Assembly: GCA_964470065.1 (NCBI GenBank)
Contig: CAYYAR010000018.1
Coordinates: 4,960 to 68,959, forward strand
DNA from: an uncultured Verrucomicrobiota bacterium
Lineage (GTDB): Bacteria; Verrucomicrobiota; Kiritimatiellia; CAIVKH01
Reading direction: 5' to 3'
DNA length: 64,000 bases
The position numbers and the translations under genes were made by a program. Shown here piece by piece: positions 39,500 to 49,914 of the stretch. Positions within the stretch are counted from its first letter, which is position 1. The number at the start of each line of letters is the position of its first letter. The notes under the pieces were generated by a model. That model was not told the DNA's origin and ran no database searches. It worked only from the letters and a program-made list of their open reading frames with translations.

Positions 39500-41899
39500 T
39501 TGCGCGCGGTCCTCGCCAGCCTCGTTCTGTTGTCGGCGGCCAGCGCGCGCGCCAACGATCCACCCCCGCTCGGCGTTTTTGCCGAACCGGGTTCAACTAC
39601 TTTTCGCGTGTGGGCACCGAATGCCCGATCGGTGGCCATCATCGGCGATTTCAACAACTGGAAGCCCTCGCGGGGTGAACACCTCACCCGGGACGAATCC
39701 ACCGGCATCTGGAGCCTGGATCTGAAGCGGAGCCGTCCGCGCGGCGCCTACCAGTTCCTTATCAATGACGAACTCCGGCGCCGCGATCCCCGCGCCCGCG
39801 CCGTCACGCCCGAACCGGAAGGCCGCGCCTCGCTCTTTTACGATCCCGCCGGCTTTTCCTGGGAGAACGACCAGGCCCCCGCCCCCGCCCTCGATGAACT
39901 CGTCATCTACGAAATGCACATCGGCAGCTTTCATGACCCCCAACCCGGCGACAACATGCCCGGCACCTTCGATGACGCCATCGACAAACTGGACCACCTC
40001 GCCCAACTCGGGGTGAACACCCTTTGCCTCTTGCCCGTGCACGCATACGCCGGAAACAGCAGTTGGGGCTATAACCCGAGCGACCTCTTTGCCGTCGAAC
40101 AAGCCTATGGCGGACCCGACGGACTCAAACGATTCGTCAAGGCCGCCCACACGCGCGGGCTCACCGTCCATCTCGATATCGTCCACAACCACTATGGTCC
40201 GCACAATCTCGACCTCGTTCAATTCGACGGCGCCGGCAACCCGCGCAACGGCGGGATTTATTTTTATGAAGGCGAAGGCATCGGGCTGACCCCCTGGGGG
40301 CCGCGCGTAAACTTCGACGAGCCGATGGTCCGTCGCTTCGTGCGCGACAACGCGATAATGTGGCTCGAGGAATATCGCATCGATGGTTTCCGCTGGGACT
40401 CCACCATCAACATCCGCGCCTGGAACAACGGCGCGGTTCCCATTCCCGCCGGCGCGCAGATGCTCGACGACATCAACCGGGAAATCAAACAGCGATGGCC
40501 CGGTCGATGGAGCATCGCCGAAGATTCCCTGCACACCGGACATTTCGACGCCTCGTGGGACTACGGTTTTCACAACCACGTCATGCCGCAACTCGCCGCC
40601 ACCGATGACGCGCGCCGCATCAGCGTCATCGCCGGCGCGCTCGCGGAATCCGGCGCCATGCCGCGGGTCATCTATATCGACAACCACGACGAGGCCGGAC
40701 GTTTGAACAACATGAAGCGCATCGCCTCCGACGTCGATCCGGCAAATCCCGGCAGTGACCGCGCCCGCATGATCAGCGGACTTGGCGCCGTGCTGACCTT
40801 CACCGCCCCCGGTATCCCGCTGCTATTCATGGGCAACGAATTCCTCGAGCAAGGTGATTGGCACGACACGACGCCACTCGATTGGGGCAAAGTCACCCGC
40901 CAGGCCACCACCCTCGCGCTTCATCGCGACCTTATCCGCCTGCGGCGCAACATCGACGGTCACACCTCCGCGCTCCGCGGGCGCCGCATCGAAATCAAAG
41001 TCAAAGATGACGCGGCCAAGCAACTCGTTTACTGGCGCGCCGCCGCCGGTAATCCCGACGACATCGTGGTTATCGCCATGAATCTACTCGGCCAACCCGC
41101 GGACATGCTGATTCCGTTTCCATCCGGTGGACCATGGCGCTTGCGCCTCAATTCCGACTGGGGACGTTACGGCGGCAGCCAACGAAATGAAGCGGTCGAA
41201 CCCTTCTCGTTCGGCGCGTCGTCGGGCCAGGCCAAGGTTCGGATGGCCCCCTGGAGCGCGCGCATATTCTCGCTCGTCAATAGGCCCGCTTTGCCCGACT
41301 CCACCCGGCCCTGGGACACGCACTACACGCCGGAAGAGGCCGGATTTTTCTCGCTCTATGCCGCCATCCACGTAAGCGGCAATTTCAACCAGTGGGAAAA
41401 AACCGCATGGCCACTCCGCCTGGTCGGCGACCATCAATGGGAAGGTCAATTCGCTTTTCGCCAGATCACCGATCCGGAATTCAACCTTTCCGCCAACGAC
41501 AACGGGGTGATTTTCTGGGGTGGCCACGCACCGCGCGCGTCATCCATGCAAACGCCTTTCAACGACACCATCAAGCGCCTGGGCTCCCACTTCAAAGCCT
41601 TGGGCGTGTGGGATGGTCTCTATGTATTCCGCTTCAACGAAGAAACCTTGCAACTTGAAATCGCCCGCCTCGGCGATGTCCCCGCCGGGCCGGAACCCGG
41701 TCCCGCGCCACCCGCCGGAGAAGTAGAATCATTTCGCTTGTGGACAAGCGTCCGCGGCGGAACCGTGGAGGCCATGTTGATCGAAATCACCGGAGCCGGC
41801 GTCACCCTGGAAAACCGGCAGGGCCAACGCGTCACGCGTCCGCTCGAGTTTTTTGCGGAATCCGATCGCGCCTACCTCGCCGGCCGCGCTCCGAAATAA
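39500..41899 (+). CDS. Second secreted GH13 (TreZ/GH13_10-like core with CBM48), paralog of 10498-14235, with one C-terminal CBM-like module and a short extra C-terminal domain.
   Basis: Signal peptide. TFRVWAPNARSVAIIGDFNNW, VIYEMHIGSF, LLPVHAYAGNSSWGYNP, VHLDIVHNHYG, GFRWDST. The C-terminal FNQWEKTAW...YVFRFNEETLQLEIARL matches the repeat module of the first paralog. Confidence 0.85.
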   Translation: MRAVLASLVLLSAASARANDPPPLGVFAEPGSTTFRVWAPNARSVAIIGDFNNWKPSRGEHLTRDESTGIWSLDLKRSRPRGAYQFLINDELRRRDPRARAVTPEPEGRASLFYDPAGFSWENDQAPAPALDELVIYEMHIGSFHDPQPGDNMPGTFDDAIDKLDHLAQLGVNTLCLLPVHAYAGNSSWGYNPSDLFAVEQAYGGPDGLKRFVKAAHTRGLTVHLDIVHNHYGPHNLDLVQFDGAGNPRNGGIYFYEGEGIGLTPWGPRVNFDEPMVRRFVRDNAIMWLEEYRIDGFRWDSTINIRAWNNGAVPIPAGAQMLDDINREIKQRWPGRWSIAEDSLHTGHFDASWDYGFHNHVMPQLAATDDARRISVIAGALAESGAMPRVIYIDNHDEAGRLNNMKRIASDVDPANPGSDRARMISGLGAVLTFTAPGIPLLFMGNEFLEQGDWHDTTPLDWGKVTRQATTLALHRDLIRLRRNIDGHTSALRGRRIEIKVKDDAAKQLVYWRAAAGNPDDIVVIAMNLLGQPADMLIPFPSGGPWRLRLNSDWGRYGGSQRNEAVEPFSFGASSGQAKVRMAPWSARIFSLVNRPALPDSTRPWDTHYTPEEAGFFSLYAAIHVSGNFNQWEKTAWPLRLVGDHQWEGQFAFRQITDPEFNLSANDNGVIFWGGHAPRASSMQTPFNDTIKRLGSHFKALGVWDGLYVFRFNEETLQLEIARLGDVPAGPEPGPAPPAGEVESFRLWTSVRGGTVEAMLIEITGAGVTLENRQGQRVTRPLEFFAESDRAYLAGRAPK

Positions 41900-43101
41900 G
41901 CCTCCAACCCGGCCATCACGGCATCGACATACTCGGTAAAAATGCTTGGCTGCATCGTGCCGTTTATTTCGCGCTCGCCCTCGTAATCGCCGGCCTGAAT
42001 CCGCGCATACACCTCTCGGTTGTTCATGAAATACGGCTCAAGGAAAACCACCGGACCGGCAAACTGGCGGTTCGCGGCGAGATTACGATACTGGACAAAG
42101 TGATTGGTTCCGAACGGACGCATCACGGCGCCCGCGGTGTTCGTGTAGGCGGGTGAAAGACCGGTGGCGGCGGCAAACGCGGTGGCCAGTGCACTGGCCA
42201 CCGCAACCTCGGTTTCGTGCGAGCGCTCCAGGAGTTTGCGCATCAGGTAAAATTTCTGGTCGTCACCTTCCAGCTCGCTCGCCAGGTAATGGCCGTGCAC
42301 AAAAAAAGCCAGACCATTCTCTTCGTATAGTTTTTTCTCGTCGCCATAGCCGGTGGCATTGAAGTGAATGCACAAAGTCAGATCGGGCCGGATCGCGTTG
42401 TTGATCAGCGTCGCGCGGGCGGCGATTTCCGCGGTGCGGTAAAAATCCCGCTCAACGTGTTTGCGCTGCGCATCGCGCTGCGATGATTCGGCAAACAGCG
42501 ACGGCAGGTGGGCAAACCGGGAATCCGCCGGAGGCTGCGATCCCGCGGACGCGAGCAATTCGTCAGGCCGTGTGGTGGTCACCGGCTCCAGATCATCCTT
42601 CACCATGGAAACGCGCGCGCCCGCCGCCGCCAGTCGGTCGCGCAACCGCCGCGCTACGTGCAGATTCATCGCGGCCTCTTGCACCGGCCAGTCGGTTTCG
42701 CGTTCCATCACAAAAAACCGCTCCTCCATGCGCGACCATGCCCCGCCGATGTGGCCGGGATCGAGCGCGATATGCAGTCCGGCCAGACCAGGACGCGCCG
42801 GCGGGAGCGCATCCACCGCGGCAAAGCGCAACTCAAACAGCGGCGCGCCGGTTTGCGCCGGCGAGGAATAAATCGAAACCCGGTCCGGTCCATACCGCAA
42901 ATAGGAAATCATGCCGGCGTCCTGGGAATACACCTCGTTGATCAGGCGACTAAACGTTTCGGCGGATATCGATGCTTGATGCCGCTCGAGGCTCGACCAA
43001 TCGGGCTGGGCCCGGGTAACCATCGTCACCAGAAACAGGATGGCACAGGCTCCTGCCTTCCCGTCCTTGCGCCGCAAGAACCAAAAATTCCTATTCATCA
43101 T
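41872..43101 (-). CDS. N-acetylmuramoyl-L-alanine amidase (Amidase_3 family), secreted.
   Basis: LHIALDPGHIGG, ETDWPVQEAAMNLHVARRL, LCIHFNA amidase_3-type motifs. Signal peptide starts at MMNRNFWFL. Its 3' end overlaps the convergent GH13 gene by 28 bp. Confidence 0.65.
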   Translation of the reverse strand: MMNRNFWFLRRKDGKAGACAILFLVTMVTRAQPDWSSLERHQASISAETFSRLINEVYSQDAGMISYLRYGPDRVSIYSSPAQTGAPLFELRFAAVDALPPARPGLAGLHIALDPGHIGGAWSRMEERFFVMERETDWPVQEAAMNLHVARRLRDRLAAAGARVSMVKDDLEPVTTTRPDELLASAGSQPPADSRFAHLPSLFAESSQRDAQRKHVERDFYRTAEIAARATLINNAIRPDLTLCIHFNATGYGDEKKLYEENGLAFFVHGHYLASELEGDDQKFYLMRKLLERSHETEVAVASALATAFAAATGLSPAYTNTAGAVMRPFGTNHFVQYRNLAANRQFAGPVVFLEPYFMNNREVYARIQAGDYEGEREINGTMQPSIFTEYVDAVMAGLEAYFGARPAR

Positions 43102-43153
43102 GTCCGCCGTCCGCATACACTCATGATTCAAACATGAACCCCAAGAGAATTCC

Positions 43154-44434
43154 ATGACCATCCGCTGTCGTTTCGCCCCCAGTCCCACCGGCAACGTACA
43201 TATCGGCAACATGCGCGCCGCGATTTACAACTGGTTGTTCGCGCGTCACACCGGTGGCGCGTTCCTTCTGCGCGTCGAGGATACCGACCGCGAGCGCTCG
43301 ACTCCCGAAGCGGTGAAGACCGTGCTCGACGCGATGGACTGGCTGGGACTGAACGTCGATGAAGAACCGATGTACCAATCAACCCAGCGCGACGCCCACC
43401 TGGCCGCCGCGGAAAAACTCCTCGCCAGCGGCCACGCCTACAAACTCGACAAGGGCGGAACCGGCAAGGGAGAAGCCATTCTATTCAAAATGCCCGGACG
43501 CGACATGACCTTCCGCGACGAAATCAAAGGCGAACTTCGCAAGGATGCGGCCAACCTCCCCGACTTCGTGGTTGTGCGGTCCGATGGAAATCCGGTGTTT
43601 CACCTCGCCAACGTCGTCGACGACATCGCCATGGGCATCACCCATATCATTCGCGGCGACGATCACGTCGAAAACACCTTCCGCCATGTTGCCCTCTTCG
43701 AAGCCCTCGGAGCCCACCCGCCCGCGTATGCACACCTGCCCATGATCGTCAATGCGCAGGGCAAACCCTACTCCAAGCGCGATGGCGCGGCCTTTGTCGG
43801 CGACTTCCAGCAGCAAGGTTATCTCGGCGAGGCGCTCTTCAACTACCTCGTATTGCTCGGATGGTCGCCCGGCGATGACCGCGAGGTGTTGGCGCGGGAG
43901 GAAATCGCCCGGCTTTTTTCGCTCGATCGCGTGCAAGCCAAGCCGGCCCAATTTGACATGAAAAAATTTCTCTGGATGAATAACGAGTACATTCAGCGAA
44001 CCCCGGCGGAAGAATGGACGGCGCGTTTCCGGTCCGCATTTCCGGAAGCCACCGATGCCGGCTACCTCGCCCGGGTAATCGAGCTCATGAAGCCGCGCGT
44101 GAAGGTCTGGTCCGACGTCGCCTCCGCCATGTATTTCTTCCGCGAAGAATTTCCTTTCGATGACGAGGCCGTGCAAAAACGACTGCGCGCGCCCGGCGCC
44201 GCGGAACTGCTCGCCGCCATGCGCGAAAAGTTTTCGGGACTTTCATCCTTTGACGCCGCCTCGCTGGAGGCCTCGCTCCGCGAACTTGCCGATGCCCGCG
44301 GACTCAAACCGGCCGACCTCATCCACCCCGTACGCATCGCGGTCAGCGGCCAACCCGGCGGACCTAGCCTCTTCCATATGCTTGAGGTCATCGGCCGCGA
44401 GAAAGTGCTTTCCCGGCTCCTGGCAAAAATCTAG
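43154..44434 (+). CDS. gltX: Glutamate--tRNA ligase (426 aa; short C-terminal domain).
   Basis: RFAPSPTGNVHIGNMRAAIYNWLFARHTGGAFLLRVEDTDRERS is near-identical in pattern to E. coli GluRS. The KMSKS-like segment is PYSKRDG. Confidence 0.85.
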   Translation: MTIRCRFAPSPTGNVHIGNMRAAIYNWLFARHTGGAFLLRVEDTDRERSTPEAVKTVLDAMDWLGLNVDEEPMYQSTQRDAHLAAAEKLLASGHAYKLDKGGTGKGEAILFKMPGRDMTFRDEIKGELRKDAANLPDFVVVRSDGNPVFHLANVVDDIAMGITHIIRGDDHVENTFRHVALFEALGAHPPAYAHLPMIVNAQGKPYSKRDGAAFVGDFQQQGYLGEALFNYLVLLGWSPGDDREVLAREEIARLFSLDRVQAKPAQFDMKKFLWMNNEYIQRTPAEEWTARFRSAFPEATDAGYLARVIELMKPRVKVWSDVASAMYFFREEFPFDDEAVQKRLRAPGAAELLAAMREKFSGLSSFDAASLEASLRELADARGLKPADLIHPVRIAVSGQPGGPSLFHMLEVIGREKVLSRLLAKI

Positions 44435-44449
44435 TTTGTAGCTCACCTC

Positions 44450-45727
44450 ATGATTAACGCTAAATTCGCTTGCTGGGACAAAAACGAGCCCCTTTCCGTC
44501 AACCTGTTCATCATCGGGGCTTTTTTTACCGCGTTCAGCTTGCCCGGAGGACGAATCTTGACGGTGCTCGCACTGATCGCCTGGCTTGGCGGGTGCGTCC
44601 GCATAAAAAGCCGCCCGGTCATGCCTGCGGTAGGCTGGCTGGTGCTGGTCTATTTTGCCTGGATCACCCTGGCCCTGTGGTGGGGTCCGGCGGAACATAT
44701 TCGATCCAGTCAGTTGTATAAGAACCTCTTCTGGTTGAGCATTCCTCTCGCGTTCGGATTGATGACCACCACGGCGCGTCGCATCCGCCTGCTCATGGCG
44801 CTCGCCGCCGGATCATTGGTGCTGGCCCTGCGCAACATCTCCGACAGCTTGCGCCTGTATGCCTCGCTGATTGGCGAGGAGGTTCCCTTCGACATCGGCC
44901 TGGCCGCCGAGCAAATCCTGCATCACCGCCGGCTGGGCGGGCAGGATGTGCTTGGTCAATTGATATCCGCTGGCGACATGCAGCATGCGCAAATGCTCGC
45001 CGCCGGTTTGTTCTTTATCGCCGGCGCGTGGGCCCTGGCTCCGAAAGAATCCGCGGCCCGGCGCTGGTCCCTGCTCGGCCTGGTGCTGATGTTTCTATCC
45101 ATGCTCATCACCTTCAAACGACTCGCGGTCACGGCCGTGGTCGTCGCTTGCCTGGCGTGGGGGCTGTTTCTACTCATGCGCCGTTGGCCCCTGCGCGCGG
45201 CGGCAACCGGATCGATCGTTGTGCTTGTTGTAGTGACCCTGCTCGCCGGTGCCTTTTGTTTTGGACCTCCTTCCAGCTGGCCCGGCAAGATCGAGCAGGC
45301 CGCAAAAAGCGGCGGCCGCGTCTGCATGTGGACAAAAGTCACCCCGGCGCTGGTAAAGGAATATCCCTTTGGCATCGGCTACAAGGCGCTGACCACCGGC
45401 CAGATGCAATCCATCGCGAGGCACGTCGAGAAGGACCGCGAACACGTCCACTCCAACCTGCTTCAATCGCTTATCGATGGCGGGTGGCCGGGGTTGTTCT
45501 TGTTTCTGTGGATCCTGGTAGAGCACATGCGCAATCATCTTCGCCATCTGGAGAATGCGCGCGGCCGGCGCGAGGAGTGGATAGTGGCGCGATCGCTGGG
45601 CCTCGCTTCGCTCGTGCTCGTCGCCTGCGGACTCTTTGAATATCAACTCGGCTCCGGGCAGGTCAGCCTTCTGTATGCCGGACTGCTTGGCGCGGTAGCC
45701 GCCGGCGCCAAACCATCCCCCGCGTGA
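44450..45727 (+). CDS. O-antigen ligase / Wzy_C-family polytopic membrane protein.
   Basis: ~11 predicted TM helices plus the Wzy_C motif HVHSNLLQSLIDGGWPGL. Confidence 0.7.
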   Translation: MINAKFACWDKNEPLSVNLFIIGAFFTAFSLPGGRILTVLALIAWLGGCVRIKSRPVMPAVGWLVLVYFAWITLALWWGPAEHIRSSQLYKNLFWLSIPLAFGLMTTTARRIRLLMALAAGSLVLALRNISDSLRLYASLIGEEVPFDIGLAAEQILHHRRLGGQDVLGQLISAGDMQHAQMLAAGLFFIAGAWALAPKESAARRWSLLGLVLMFLSMLITFKRLAVTAVVVACLAWGLFLLMRRWPLRAAATGSIVVLVVVTLLAGAFCFGPPSSWPGKIEQAAKSGGRVCMWTKVTPALVKEYPFGIGYKALTTGQMQSIARHVEKDREHVHSNLLQSLIDGGWPGLFLFLWILVEHMRNHLRHLENARGRREEWIVARSLGLASLVLVACGLFEYQLGSGQVSLLYAGLLGAVAAGAKPSPA

Positions 45728-45730
45728 ACC

Positions 45731-46498
45731 ATGAGCAAGTGCGCGCTCCTGATCGTGAATATCGGCGAGAACGACAGCGCGGCCTTGTCACGCGAACTCA
45801 TGCAACGCTACTGCCGGCGCGAGGGTTATGATTTTATTGAAATCCGGGAGCCGAAAATCAACCTGCGCGCGCCGGACGTGGCCTACAACTTTCTCAACCT
45901 CGAAAAGTTCCAGACGTACGACGTGCTTGGCTCGTACGACCGCGTGTTGCGCCTCGATACCGATGTGCTGGTTTCTCCGCTTGCACCGGATGTGTTTGGC
46001 ATCGTGCCGGAGGACGCGCTCGGCGTGGTCTTCGAAGATGTGGCCGACAAGGTCGACTCGCGCCGCCACCAGATGAACGAAATCTGTGCCGCCCGCGCAA
46101 GCGCCCCATGGGGCGAACGGCGCTACTTCAACAGCGGCGTGATGGTCTGCTCCAAGGCGCACCGTGATATGTTCAAACTCGATGCGCGCGATATCGCATC
46201 ACTTACCTCCGGAGGCATGGGCGGTTTCAAGGAGCAAAACACCTGCAACTGGAAGGCCCGGGAAAACGGTTACACGTTGTTCGAACTTGATTGCCGCTTC
46301 AACCATTTGCGCTTTTTTTCCGACCGCCCGTATGGCCGCCACCCGCGCTTTGAATCCTTCTTTCTTCATTACGCCGGCAGTCAGCGAAAAAAAGATCGCC
46401 GCATGACCCGCGATCGCGCCCCGCTCCTCCGCGCCTGGGACACCAACCGTCCGCCCCGACCGCCCGTCCTTGAGCGTATGTTCGGCTGGCTCAAGTAG
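45731..46498 (+). CDS. GT8-like lipopolysaccharide glycosyltransferase (DxD nucleotide-sugar transferase).
   Basis: VLRLDTDVLV DxD motif in a GT-A context. It is adjacent to the O-antigen ligase gene. Confidence 0.6.
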   Translation: MSKCALLIVNIGENDSAALSRELMQRYCRREGYDFIEIREPKINLRAPDVAYNFLNLEKFQTYDVLGSYDRVLRLDTDVLVSPLAPDVFGIVPEDALGVVFEDVADKVDSRRHQMNEICAARASAPWGERRYFNSGVMVCSKAHRDMFKLDARDIASLTSGGMGGFKEQNTCNWKARENGYTLFELDCRFNHLRFFSDRPYGRHPRFESFFLHYAGSQRKKDRRMTRDRAPLLRAWDTNRPPRPPVLERMFGWLK

Positions 46499-47234
46499 TT
46501 TTCCAGAGCGATAAAAACTCGATGTTGCCGGCCGGGCCCTTGATCGCCGACGCGCATACCCCGCACCATTCCAGCGCGAGCTTCGCTTCCCCGAACGCGC
46601 GGATTTTATCGACCACCTGCTCGTGGACCGCCGGATCGCGCACCACCCCGTTCTTTCCCACCTGTTCGCGTCCCGCCTCAAACTGCGGCTTGATCAGCGT
46701 GACCAACTGCGCCGGACGCGCCAGCGCTGCCACCAGCGGCGGCAACACCAGCGTAAGCGAAATAAATGAAACATCCACCACGGCAAACGCCGGCTTCTCA
46801 TCAAACAACGCCGGATCAAGCAACCGGGCGTTCACCCCCTCGTGCACCACCACCCGCGGATCGTTTCGCAACTTCCAGTGCAATTGTCCGTGGCCGACAT
46901 CCAGCGCAAACACCTTGCGCGCGCCGCGCTGGAGCAAACAGTCGGTGAAACCGCCGGTGGACGCGCCGACATCGACACAAACCTCGTCCCGCACATCGAG
47001 GTTGAAATAGCGAAAGGCCGTCTCGAGTTTTTCCCCGCCGCGACTGACGAATCGCTCGGCCACCTCCATCTCCACTGCGGCCCCGGAGGGGTAAAGATGT
47101 CCGGGTTTGGTTTGCACCTGCCCCTCGATGCGCACTTTGCCGGCCCGGATTAATCGTTGCGCCTTCTCGCGGCTCTCCGCCAACCCGTGTTGCACCAGCA
47201 ACTGATCCAACCGCACACGCGCTATCGCACTCAT
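46491..47234 (-). CDS. tlyA: rRNA 2'-O-methyltransferase TlyA (S4 domain + FtsJ-like MTase).
   Basis: LDQLLVQHGLAESREKAQRLIRAGKV (S4), VDVGASTGGFTDCLLQRGARKVFALDVGHGQL (SAM-binding). Confidence 0.85.
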   Translation of the reverse strand: MSAIARVRLDQLLVQHGLAESREKAQRLIRAGKVRIEGQVQTKPGHLYPSGAAVEMEVAERFVSRGGEKLETAFRYFNLDVRDEVCVDVGASTGGFTDCLLQRGARKVFALDVGHGQLHWKLRNDPRVVVHEGVNARLLDPALFDEKPAFAVVDVSFISLTLVLPPLVAALARPAQLVTLIKPQFEAGREQVGKNGVVRDPAVHEQVVDKIRAFGEAKLALEWCGVCASAIKGPAGNIEFLSLWKTT

Positions 47235-47267
47235 GCCGCCATCCTAGCAAATTCGCGGCGGAGGATG

Positions 47268-48311
47268 CTACTCCCGCAACATGAGCGTCGGCGAAGGCAT
47301 CGTCTCCGTGATCAGCTCGAGTTGGACGGAAGCTCCCTCACGCTCAACCTGAAGCACCGCCGGATCGCCGATGCGTCGCTTGAAAATCATTTTCTGCACG
47401 TGATGCGAGGTCTCGACCGGCTCGCCATCCACCTGCTGGATGAGATCGCCCGTCTGCAGGCCGCCGCGACTCGCCGGGCTGTTGCCCACCACTTCCATGA
47501 CGCGCACCCCCTTGGGCGTCTCGCGCATCAAAATACCGATCCACGGCCGCTCCCAACGTCCACTTCGAATCATCGATTCCGCCACATGCATCGCCAAATT
47601 CACGGGAATGGCGAAGCTGATACCGATATAACCGTCCGACATGCCCGTGGTTTGAATGACGGTGTTGATGCCCACAAGCTTGCCGTCGACATCAAGCAAC
47701 GGTCCGCCGCTGTTGCCTTTATTGACCGCCGCATCCGTCTGAATGAAGTCCTCGAACGGCAGCAGCCCTATCGACCGGCCCTTTTGGCTGACAATACCGA
47801 GGGTCACGCTGCTGGCCAGGCTGAACGGCGAACCGAGTGCGATGACAAATTCGCCCACACGCAAGGTGTCTGAATCACCGAGCTCCACCGCGGTGAACTC
47901 CTGATCCTCCGCCTCCATCTTCAGCACCGCCAGATCCGTCTGTTCATCCCGGCCGATGACGCGCGCGGGAAGCTTGGTGCCGTCGTTCAGTACCACCTCC
48001 ACCGTGTTCGCGCCTTCGATCACGTGGTTGTTGGTGAGAATGTAACCCTTCTTGTTGATGATGACGCCGGAACCCTGACCGGCAAGCCGCTCGGGAATTT
48101 TATACACATACCCGAAAAAGAAATCGCGGGCATAACGGTTCTTGACCGTTTCCGTCCGCACCACCACCACTGCCGGCATGGTTTTTTCCACCACGTCGGC
48201 AATCGCATCGCCGAATTGCCGGGCGGCATTCGGAGAAACGCCGGCGTGAACCATGGTTGCCGGCGAGAGACCTAGCGTCAGCGCCCACGTCAAAAGAATC
48301 GTCTTTTTCAT
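47268..48311 (-). CDS. HtrA/DegP-family periplasmic serine protease with one PDZ domain.
   Basis: Signal peptide, catalytic triad context TNNHV / D / GNSGGPL, and a C-terminal PDZ domain. Start trimmed to MKKTILL. Confidence 0.85.
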   Translation of the reverse strand: MKKTILLTWALTLGLSPATMVHAGVSPNAARQFGDAIADVVEKTMPAVVVVRTETVKNRYARDFFFGYVYKIPERLAGQGSGVIINKKGYILTNNHVIEGANTVEVVLNDGTKLPARVIGRDEQTDLAVLKMEAEDQEFTAVELGDSDTLRVGEFVIALGSPFSLASSVTLGIVSQKGRSIGLLPFEDFIQTDAAVNKGNSGGPLLDVDGKLVGINTVIQTTGMSDGYIGISFAIPVNLAMHVAESMIRSGRWERPWIGILMRETPKGVRVMEVVGNSPASRGGLQTGDLIQQVDGEPVETSHHVQKMIFKRRIGDPAVLQVEREGASVQLELITETMPSPTLMLRE

Positions 48312-48345
48312 GATGATGAATAGACGACGAGGGCGGCGCGTGCGT

Positions 48346-49914
48346 TCAACGAAACGACATGTCGCGCATGGCGCTGGCCAGTTCGTCAATCACATCGCTG
48401 GCCAGCAGGGAGGCTTGGCCGCGACGCCAGGCGCCGTAATCACCGGCCCGGCCATGCAAAAAAACGCCCATACGCGCCGCGTCAAAGAGGATCATTCGCT
48501 GCAACATCAAACCGCCGATCACACCGGCGAGCACATCACCGCTGCCCGCCGTGGCCATGCCCGGATTACCCGTCATGTTGATTTCCGTTACACATCCGGG
48601 GGCCGCTACCAGCGTGCCGGCTCCTTTCAACACCACGATCTTGCCGGTTTCAGCCACCGCGCGCTCCACCGCCGCTTTGCGGTCCCGCTGAACCTCCTCC
48701 ACCGTGATACCCAGCAACCGGGCCATCTCCCCGGGATGCGGCGTAAGGATCATTTTTGTGCGCGCCTTTTTCCAGCGCGGAAATACCCGCGCGAACAACG
48801 TGAGCGCATCGGCGTCGATAAGTATCGGCGATTTCGTGTGCGTTAACACCGCCTCCAACAAGACGCCGGCGTCCTCGTCCGTGGTCAGGCCGGGACCAAT
48901 CACCACGGCGTCAAAATCAGCCACGTGCTGCATGATCCATTCCGCGTTCGCGGCCGAAAGTCCGCCCGCCGTATTTTCTTCCCCGGGCATCATGATCAAC
49001 TCGGGCAGATAACCGAGCGCTACCGTCCGCAAATTGGCCGGTGCGAGCAACGTGACCATCCCCGCCCCCGCGCGCATGGCCGCGTGGGCGCTCAACAACG
49101 GCGCCCCGCCATAACGGCGGGATCCACCGATGACCAGCAAGTGACCGAAATCGCCCTTGTGGCAGGAACGGGGACGCGGACGCAAAACCGGCTTCAGACC
49201 GGAAATGTGAATGTACTCCGGATCAGCGGGGGGTAGCTCTTCGACAAACTCGCCGGGGATTCCGATCTCAACCACTTCGAGACTGCCCACCAAGTCGATC
49301 GCTGTCTGCGCAAGCAAACCCTTTTTCGGCAAACCAATCGTAGCCGTGACATCCGCGCACACCGCGGCGCCGGCGGCCACGCCGGTATCGGCATCAAGGC
49401 CGGACGGCACATCGATCGATATCACCAGCGAGTCCTGCGAATTCGCGAGAATATATTCGATGGCGCCGGCGGCCGGGCCGCGTGCCGGGCCGTTCAATCC
49501 GGTACCGAGAACGCCGTCGATGATGATCTCCGCGTAAAACGGACGCTTGATCGCCTCGCGCCAGTCATCGAGCGTGGGCAACTCGAATGGATCCAGTCCG
49601 GCCGATTTCATCCGGCTGTAATGGATGAGCGAGTCGCCGCTGATTTGATTCGCGCGGGCGGCCAGCGTCACATCCACGGTGAAGCCCTGCTCCTTCAATA
49701 TCCGCGCCGCCACAAAGGCATCGCCGCCATTCTGTCCACGCCCGGCAATGATATGAATGGATGGATCGACCAGCGCGTTGTGGTCGGCCATCCGGCGCAC
49801 CAACAGCGCCACTCCGGCGCCGGCCCGCTCCATGAGCGACTCGCCCTTGATGTCGAGCTCCTCCATGGTGCGGCGATCCAGTTCCCGCATTTGCGCGACG
49901 GTCACCGTCTTCAC
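48346..49914 (-). CDS. nnr: Bifunctional NAD(P)H-hydrate repair enzyme Nnr (epimerase + ADP-dependent dehydratase).
   Basis: YjeF_N (IIAGRGQNGGDAFVAARIL) plus the C-terminal carbohydrate-kinase-like domain (GSGDVLAG). Confidence 0.85.
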   Translation of the reverse strand: MKTVTVAQMRELDRRTMEELDIKGESLMERAGAGVALLVRRMADHNALVDPSIHIIAGRGQNGGDAFVAARILKEQGFTVDVTLAARANQISGDSLIHYSRMKSAGLDPFELPTLDDWREAIKRPFYAEIIIDGVLGTGLNGPARGPAAGAIEYILANSQDSLVISIDVPSGLDADTGVAAGAAVCADVTATIGLPKKGLLAQTAIDLVGSLEVVEIGIPGEFVEELPPADPEYIHISGLKPVLRPRPRSCHKGDFGHLLVIGGSRRYGGAPLLSAHAAMRAGAGMVTLLAPANLRTVALGYLPELIMMPGEENTAGGLSAANAEWIMQHVADFDAVVIGPGLTTDEDAGVLLEAVLTHTKSPILIDADALTLFARVFPRWKKARTKMILTPHPGEMARLLGITVEEVQRDRKAAVERAVAETGKIVVLKGAGTLVAAPGCVTEINMTGNPGMATAGSGDVLAGVIGGLMLQRMILFDAARMGVFLHGRAGDYGAWRRGQASLLASDVIDELASAMRDMSFR

